Shown here piece after piece: positions 58,620-64,000 of a stretch of 64,000 nt of DNA; position 1 is the stretch's first letter; every line of letters begins with the position of its first letter. The notes beneath the pieces were generated by a model that saw only the letters and a program-made list of their open reading frames with translations, ran no database searches and was not told the origin of the DNA. A program made the translations under genes and the position numbers. The DNA lies in contig OZ220741.1 in assembly GCA_965116885.1 (NCBI GenBank), positions 1,216,001 through 1,280,000 of the forward strand. The letters are read 5' to 3'. Source of the DNA: Candidatus Latescibacterota bacterium. Lineage in GTDB: Bacteria; Latescibacterota; UBA2968.

Positions 58620-61600
58620 ATGAACCTTCGAGATCAACAAGCACGCGATAAAATATCCGAAGCACTGCATCGCAATATGATGGTGCTCGCAGGGGCCGGT
58701 GCGGGAAAAACCCATGCGCTGGTGCAGCGGATGGCGAACGCGGTGGAAAAAGGTGTCGTACCCGTAGATCAACTATCCGCCATCACCTTCACGCGCAAAG
58801 CAGCGGGTGAAATGCGTGGGCGCTTCTTCAGTGAATTAAAATCGCGCGCCCAAAACGCAGACGGTGAGGCATCGAAACGCATTCAAAACGCACTCGAAAA
58901 AGTAGATCAATGCTTTATTGGCACCATACACTCATTCTGCGGCCAGTTATTGCGCGAACGCCCCGTTGAAGCGGGCCTGCCACCCGACTTTTCAGAAGTC
59001 GAAGAGCGCGAAGAAGCCGTCAGGCGCCGCGAAGCGTGGGACGCATTTGTCCAACAAAGTTTTCTATCCGAAGACCCGCGACTCGTCAAATTTGAAGAAC
59101 TGGGTCTGCGCCCGGAAGACCTGTATGGATTCTTTCAAAGACGCTACCAGTTCAGCGATGTACCGCTCGTACCCAACTCAGTACAAAAACCCGATCTATC
59201 GACCGCAGTTTCAGAACTTGAATCCTTTCTGCAACACACAGGAGCCTTTATCCCCGATCCACTCCCCGGCAGACGCGATGCCCTCCAGACAGCATTGGTG
59301 CGCGCGCGATTATTCCTGTCGAACCGGGGGATTCAGTCCGACGCGGATCGCATCGAACTCCTGCAAATACTTTCCGGAAACCTCGGTGTCACCCTCAAAA
59401 GCTGGTCGCCCAACCAGGATTTTGCAAAGCACTTGCGGGACACCTTATTATCCGAATTTCAAACCGAAATACTCGACCCCACCCTCACCAAATGGCGGCA
59501 ATACATCTACCGATTCGCTGCCCCCTTTGTCGATGACGCAGTTGCAGAATACGCCAGAACCCGCCGCGAAACTGGCCGCCTCACATTCCAGGACCTGCTC
59601 GAACTCGCCGCGCGATTACTGCGCGATCATCCCGAAGTGCGCCGCCACTTTCAGGATCGCTATCACTGCCTATTCGTAGATGAATTTCAGGATACCGATC
59701 CCATCCAGGCCGAAATATTGCTGTATTTAACCGGCGAAAACCTGGAAGAGACCGATTGGCGCAAACTCACACCCCGCCCCGGCAGCTTATTTTTAGTAGG
59801 CGACGGCAAACAGTCTATCTATCGCTTTCGCCGTGCAGATGTCGAAACCTTTGACCTCGTCCGCAACCGCATTGACGATACCAATGGCGATATTGTCAGC
59901 CTGAACACGAACTTCCGCTCATTGGGCCACCTCTGTGATTGGATCAACGCGGCATTTGAACCCCTGTTCGCCGCGCATGAAAAACCTTATCAAACCGAAT
60001 TTGCTCCGCTATTCAAATACAGATCCGATGGCGAAAATATGGCAGTACACCGAATCTCAATCGACAAAGTCTATCGCAACAGCCGAAGCCAGATCGCAGA
60101 GGAAGACGCCAAGCGAATTGCAAACTTCATCGCAGCGGCCATAGAAGGCAAAACAGAATTTAATGGAGAAGCCGCCAACGCATCGCCGGGCGACTTTCTC
60201 ATCCTGACGCGCACCTCTGGCTATTTGTCTCATTACGCCCAGGCACTGGAGGAACGCGGCATTCCCTTTGAAATCACGGGTGGTGATCGCCTGGGCGAAG
60301 CAGACGTATTGCATACACTCGTGGATTTTTTAGAAACCGTTTATATGCCCGACAATCCGCTTCCGCTACTCGCCTATCTGCGGGGAGACCTCGTCGGCCT
60401 GGGAGATGATACCCTCTATGCGCTCAAACAAGCAGGCGGTGATTTCAACTGGACACGCGATTTGCCCAGAGGAATGGATCGAGAATTACACCAAACCTTC
60501 GAGCGCGCTTATGATCATCTCAAAAAAGCGTCGGAATGGTTGCAATCCCTATCGCCAGATACTGCCATAGCGCGCTGTGTAGAAAAACTCGGCCTCCTGC
60601 CTTTTGTGCGCACCCTGCCTATGGGAGAAACACATGCCGGCAATCTCATCCGCATCTTATCTCTCGTCCGCGAGTGGAGCGCTCAGGGAATGCACTGGGG
60701 ACAGGTAGTGAACGAACTGCGCGCCCTCATTGACGACAGAGACTACAAAATTGAACAAATGACCCTCCCCTCCGCACAGGAAGACATCGTGCGATTGATG
60801 AACCTGCACCAGGCTAAGGGATTACAGGGCAAAATCGTCTTCCTCGCCGACCCTTATGACACGAGTTACACGCGCTATGGTCCCGAATTTCACGTATCCC
60901 GCACCAGCGACGAACCCTTTTTGGCATTGCCCATTACAAAACCTCGCGGACCATATCAACGCGAGGTCGTCGCCGAGCCTGTGGGTTGGGAAGACGCCGA
61001 AACCGAAGAAACGCGATTTTTGCAAGGCGAAGAACTGCGATTGCTCTACGTAGCGGCAACGCGCGCAGAAAATTTGCTCGTAGTATCCACCTACGAGGAA
61101 AAACCCGACCATGGACCGTGGTCGCCCCTCTATCCCCATCTAAAAAACGTGCCCGAACTGGCGTACGACGACCATTCATCGCATCCCACCTCAGAAACGC
61201 CATCAACCAAAACGCCGTCTGTAGAATTGGAACGAGAGCAACGGAATCAAGTCTGGCAAGCTGTAAAAAAACAATCCTTTGAAGTAACACAGGTGACAGA
61301 TGATCGACCGGACATCACATATACGGACGAAAGGCGAACACCAGCGGGAAAAGGAGCAGCGTATGGCACCGTGATCCACCAGATATTCGACGACGCCATC
61401 AACAGGCGACTGCCCGCTGATCCCACACCTTATGTCGCGCATCTGCTACAGGAAGCGGGAGCAGACGCCGGGTTTCTATCGCACGCACTGGACGCCTTGC
61501 AGCACTTTCGCAACTCAGAAATATGGAAGGAAATACAGACTTCGGAAACCGTCTATACCGAAGTCTCCTTTGCCGTATCGCAAGCAGAGGACAACGCCAG

Positions 61601-61829
61601 CGAAATTATCCGCGGCATCATCGACCTGGTCTATCGCCTGCCCAAAGGATGGAAAATCGTCGATTACAAAACCAATGCAGTGAAAACCGACGAAGATGTA
61701 CGAGCACTGTGTGAACAAACAGCCGACCAGGTGAACACCTATGCGGAACACTGGGAGAAATTCACCGGTGAAACGGTTTGTGCAAAGGGTTTGTGGCTGA
61801 CCGAAAGATGTGTATTTTTAACCATTTAA
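58620..61829 (+). CDS. addA: AddA-like UvrD helicase-nuclease
   Basis: AGAGAGKT, AITFT, TIHSF, VDEFQDT, VGDGKQSIYRFR, LYVAATRA, C-terminal GIIDL...VDYKT. Confidence 0.85.
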   Translation: MNLRDQQARDKISEALHRNMMVLAGAGAGKTHALVQRMANAVEKGVVPVDQLSAITFTRKAAGEMRGRFFSELKSRAQNADGEASKRIQNALEKVDQCFIGTIHSFCGQLLRERPVEAGLPPDFSEVEEREEAVRRREAWDAFVQQSFLSEDPRLVKFEELGLRPEDLYGFFQRRYQFSDVPLVPNSVQKPDLSTAVSELESFLQHTGAFIPDPLPGRRDALQTALVRARLFLSNRGIQSDADRIELLQILSGNLGVTLKSWSPNQDFAKHLRDTLLSEFQTEILDPTLTKWRQYIYRFAAPFVDDAVAEYARTRRETGRLTFQDLLELAARLLRDHPEVRRHFQDRYHCLFVDEFQDTDPIQAEILLYLTGENLEETDWRKLTPRPGSLFLVGDGKQSIYRFRRADVETFDLVRNRIDDTNGDIVSLNTNFRSLGHLCDWINAAFEPLFAAHEKPYQTEFAPLFKYRSDGENMAVHRISIDKVYRNSRSQIAEEDAKRIANFIAAAIEGKTEFNGEAANASPGDFLILTRTSGYLSHYAQALEERGIPFEITGGDRLGEADVLHTLVDFLETVYMPDNPLPLLAYLRGDLVGLGDDTLYALKQAGGDFNWTRDLPRGMDRELHQTFERAYDHLKKASEWLQSLSPDTAIARCVEKLGLLPFVRTLPMGETHAGNLIRILSLVREWSAQGMHWGQVVNELRALIDDRDYKIEQMTLPSAQEDIVRLMNLHQAKGLQGKIVFLADPYDTSYTRYGPEFHVSRTSDEPFLALPITKPRGPYQREVVAEPVGWEDAETEETRFLQGEELRLLYVAATRAENLLVVSTYEEKPDHGPWSPLYPHLKNVPELAYDDHSSHPTSETPSTKTPSVELEREQRNQVWQAVKKQSFEVTQVTDDRPDITYTDERRTPAGKGAAYGTVIHQIFDDAINRRLPADPTPYVAHLLQEAGADAGFLSHALDALQHFRNSEIWKEIQTSETVYTEVSFAVSQAEDNASEIIRGIIDLVYRLPKGWKIVDYKTNAVKTDEDVRALCEQTADQVNTYAEHWEKFTGETVCAKGLWLTERCVFLTI

Positions 61830-61891
61830 GTTGTTGTTTTTTTTTCTGATAATTCTTTGGGACACAGAGGGTTTTAAGATAAAAAGTAAGG

Positions 61892-61920
61892 TTGACAAAA
61901 TCGTTAAAATTCAGTAAATT
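61892..61920 (+). promoter_or_regulatory. sigma70-type promoter for dnaN-recF
   Basis: TTGACA-N17-TAAATT. Confidence 0.6.
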
Positions 61921-62035
61921 ATGGTGTTTGTAATTGGGTAAAAAATCTATCGTTTTTCATCCCCCCAGAACACACTATTCCACGCTACAAAAAATCATTC
62001 ACAAAGAGCTTCACGCGCTTGGGAGAGACGCATTC

Positions 62036-63211
62036 ATGAAAGTATCAATAGAAAAAGATGAACTCCTCAAAGGTATCCAGGCTGTGATTGATATCGTGCC
62101 CTCTAAAACCGCATTGCCAGTATTATCCAACATCCTGATAGATGCAAACAATGGTAGCGATGTGTGTTTGAGTGCCACAGATCTCGATATATCAATAACA
62201 TGCAAACTTTCAGCCACCATCGAAGACGCTGGGGCAACAACGGTGCCAGCGCGCAAATTCTCAGAAATTGTGCGCGAGTTGCCCGAAGAATCCCTATCCC
62301 TCACCGCCGAAGAAGGTCGTGTAACGCTTCAGCGCCAAAGTGGTGCCGAAGGAACTTATGCCTTGATGTCGGTGCCATCTGACGATTTTCCCGAACTACC
62401 TTCAGAGATTGAAGGCCCCGAGATCGCGTTTCTATCCGATGAAGAAGAGGATGCTGAGGACTCTTCGGCTGATAGCAATGTTCTCAGCGAGATGATTTCT
62501 AAAACGGTCTTTGCCGTGTCTCGCGATGAAACGCGTCCGGTGCTCACAGGAGTACTCTGGCAGGTTGGCAATGGACGCATGACCATGGTGGCAACAGATG
62601 GTCACCGCCTGGTCAAATATTCGCGGATTCAGGATGGATTACCCGAAGAGAATAAAGAGGCGATTGTTCCCCCTCGTGCTTTGAATCAGGTAGTTAAACT
62701 CATGGGTGGGGGAGTAGATCTTCAAAAAGTCCAACTCGGGCAAAGCCATGTGCTCTTTTCACTGGGCGACGAAGACGCCATCCAGATTTTCTCTCGACTA
62801 ATTGAAGGTCCTTATGTCGATTACGAACAAGTGATTCCCCAAAACAACGGCAAGCGCCTTCGCGTTTCGAACAGCCAATTGCTACCTGCTGTGCGACGCG
62901 TATCCATTCTGGCAAGTGCCCAAACCCATCAATTGCGGCTCGAACTCCAAAAGAACGAACTCGCATTGTCGGCTACCAGCCAGGAAATAGGAGGCGAAGC
63001 ACGCGAATCTATGGGCGTTGAATACGATGAAGATGAAATGACCATTGGATATAATTCCGGCTATCTACAAGACGTGCTCCGGCGCATCAATTGTGACGAA
63101 ATCCTCTTTGAACTCGACAGCGCTGTTGCCGCGGGAATTATCAGACCTGGAGAACAACTCGAAGGCGAAGACTATCTTTGTCTCCTCATGCCATTGCGGC
63201 TCAATGAATAA
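62036..63211 (+). CDS. dnaN: DNA polymerase III beta sliding clamp
   Basis: LPVLSNILI, ATDLD, ETRPVLTGV, VATDGHRL, SRLIEG.Y.DY, LLMPLR. Confidence 0.97.
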   Translation: MKVSIEKDELLKGIQAVIDIVPSKTALPVLSNILIDANNGSDVCLSATDLDISITCKLSATIEDAGATTVPARKFSEIVRELPEESLSLTAEEGRVTLQRQSGAEGTYALMSVPSDDFPELPSEIEGPEIAFLSDEEEDAEDSSADSNVLSEMISKTVFAVSRDETRPVLTGVLWQVGNGRMTMVATDGHRLVKYSRIQDGLPEENKEAIVPPRALNQVVKLMGGGVDLQKVQLGQSHVLFSLGDEDAIQIFSRLIEGPYVDYEQVIPQNNGKRLRVSNSQLLPAVRRVSILASAQTHQLRLELQKNELALSATSQEIGGEARESMGVEYDEDEMTIGYNSGYLQDVLRRINCDEILFELDSAVAAGIIRPGEQLEGEDYLCLLMPLRLNE

Positions 63212-64000
63212 TGTATGTCTCCTCACTTAAACTCACCAATTTTCGAAACTTTGAGCATGCTGAATTTACATTTGATCAGGCAAAAACGGCAATTTGGGCA
63301 GATAATGCCCGCGGGAAATCAAATGTTTTGGAAGCGTTGTACTTTTTGGCACTGGCCAAATCGGGCCGAGGTGCCAGAGATCGGGACGTGCTCAAATGGG
63401 GTGCTAACTATTTCGTGATCGACGCCCAGATAGAGCGCGAAGATCGTTCCTTTCCCATTCGCATTGCCTACGATCCCCTCGTCGGCAAGAAACAAGCCTC
63501 TCTTGCAGAGACATCTCTTCCCCGCCTTTCAGACCTTATTGGCGCATTCAACGCTGTTTTATTTTCCCCCGAAGATGTAGATCTCGTATTGCGGGAACCG
63601 GCTCAGCGCCGCCGTATTTTAGATATTCTCGTTTCGCAATCAAACGCATCCTATTTAGCTGATCTGGAAGGGTATCAGCGCGTTTTGGCGCAGCGCAATC
63701 GGTTGTTAAAAGACCGCCGTTCAGCATTATTATCACATCCCGAACAAGTTAAACCGTGGAATGAGCAATTGTCCAATTTGGGTGCTCGCATTATATCTCG
63801 CCGTCTCGAAGCACTGAATGATATACAACATCTTCTATCTGAATATTATCGGGCCATCGCGCCCACACCCGAAAAAATGAAAGCGAGTTATCGCAGTCCC
63901 ATATCCATGGAAACGCGCGATCAGGGCAGGGAAATACTCTTCGAAGCACTGACGACCCGATTGCCACAAGAAGTCGAATTGCGATATACACTTACGGGAC
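63211..64000 (+). CDS. recF: DNA replication and repair protein RecF (runs off the window)
   Basis: Own translation from ATG 63211 (TAATG overlap): MYVSSLKLTNFRNF...ADNARGKSNVLEALY...VLFSPED...RRRILD...QRNRLLK; follows dnaN. Confidence 0.93.
   Translation, partial: MYVSSLKLTNFRNFEHAEFTFDQAKTAIWADNARGKSNVLEALYFLALAKSGRGARDRDVLKWGANYFVIDAQIEREDRSFPIRIAYDPLVGKKQASLAETSLPRLSDLIGAFNAVLFSPEDVDLVLREPAQRRRILDILVSQSNASYLADLEGYQRVLAQRNRLLKDRRSALLSHPEQVKPWNEQLSNLGARIISRRLEALNDIQHLLSEYYRAIAPTPEKMKASYRSPISMETRDQGREILFEALTTRLPQEVELRYTLTG

Noticed and set aside
55542..61829. Helicase-nuclease pair as a novel defence system or Cas4 locus
   Set aside because: Architecture, gene order and position beside dnaN-recF fit housekeeping AddAB-type recombination enzymes.
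63298..63321. RecF Walker A reading ADNARGKS
   Set aside because: It still fits [AG]xxxxGK[ST], so it is not evidence of inactivation.
63215..63418. 67-aa ORF in the track, suggesting a broken gene after dnaN
   Set aside because: The real frame starts at 63211 and reads as RecF to the window end; it is missing from the track only because it has no stop.

Overview
Bacterial chromosomal segment, roughly 50% GC, with most genes on the + strand; the gene content suggests an uncultured marine or host-associated heterotroph (inference only). Bases 1-32.6 kb hold an expanded MacB/FtsX-type ABC permease locus: six full-size paralogues here (the first cut by the window edge) and a seventh at 53 kb, two LolD-type ATPases, one periplasmic adaptor and a duplicated sigma54 promoter module. 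Accessory cargo is interleaved: an ABC exporter pair, intact and eroded toxin-antitoxin loci, phosphatases, a LytS/LytTR pair, a GWxTD protein and a PhnZ-like HD oxygenase. Several cargo blocks are bounded by duplicated 3' ends of the neighbouring ABC genes, and several genes appear collapsed into head-to-tail mini-ORFs; this cassette-like turnover is the most unusual signal. Bases 32.7-52.9 kb hold a PcfJ-domain gene and a catabolic cluster (three sulfatases, GH2, GH117-like, two PhyH dioxygenases, ThDP enzymes, a flavin monooxygenase). The window ends with addB/addA-like genes, then dnaN and a partial recF with no dnaA between them, so the intergenic gap is a possible oriC. GTAG-type REP/REPIN palindromes occur four times. 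No rRNA, tRNA, CRISPR array, integrase or transposase was recognised. All family calls come from motif recognition, not database searches.
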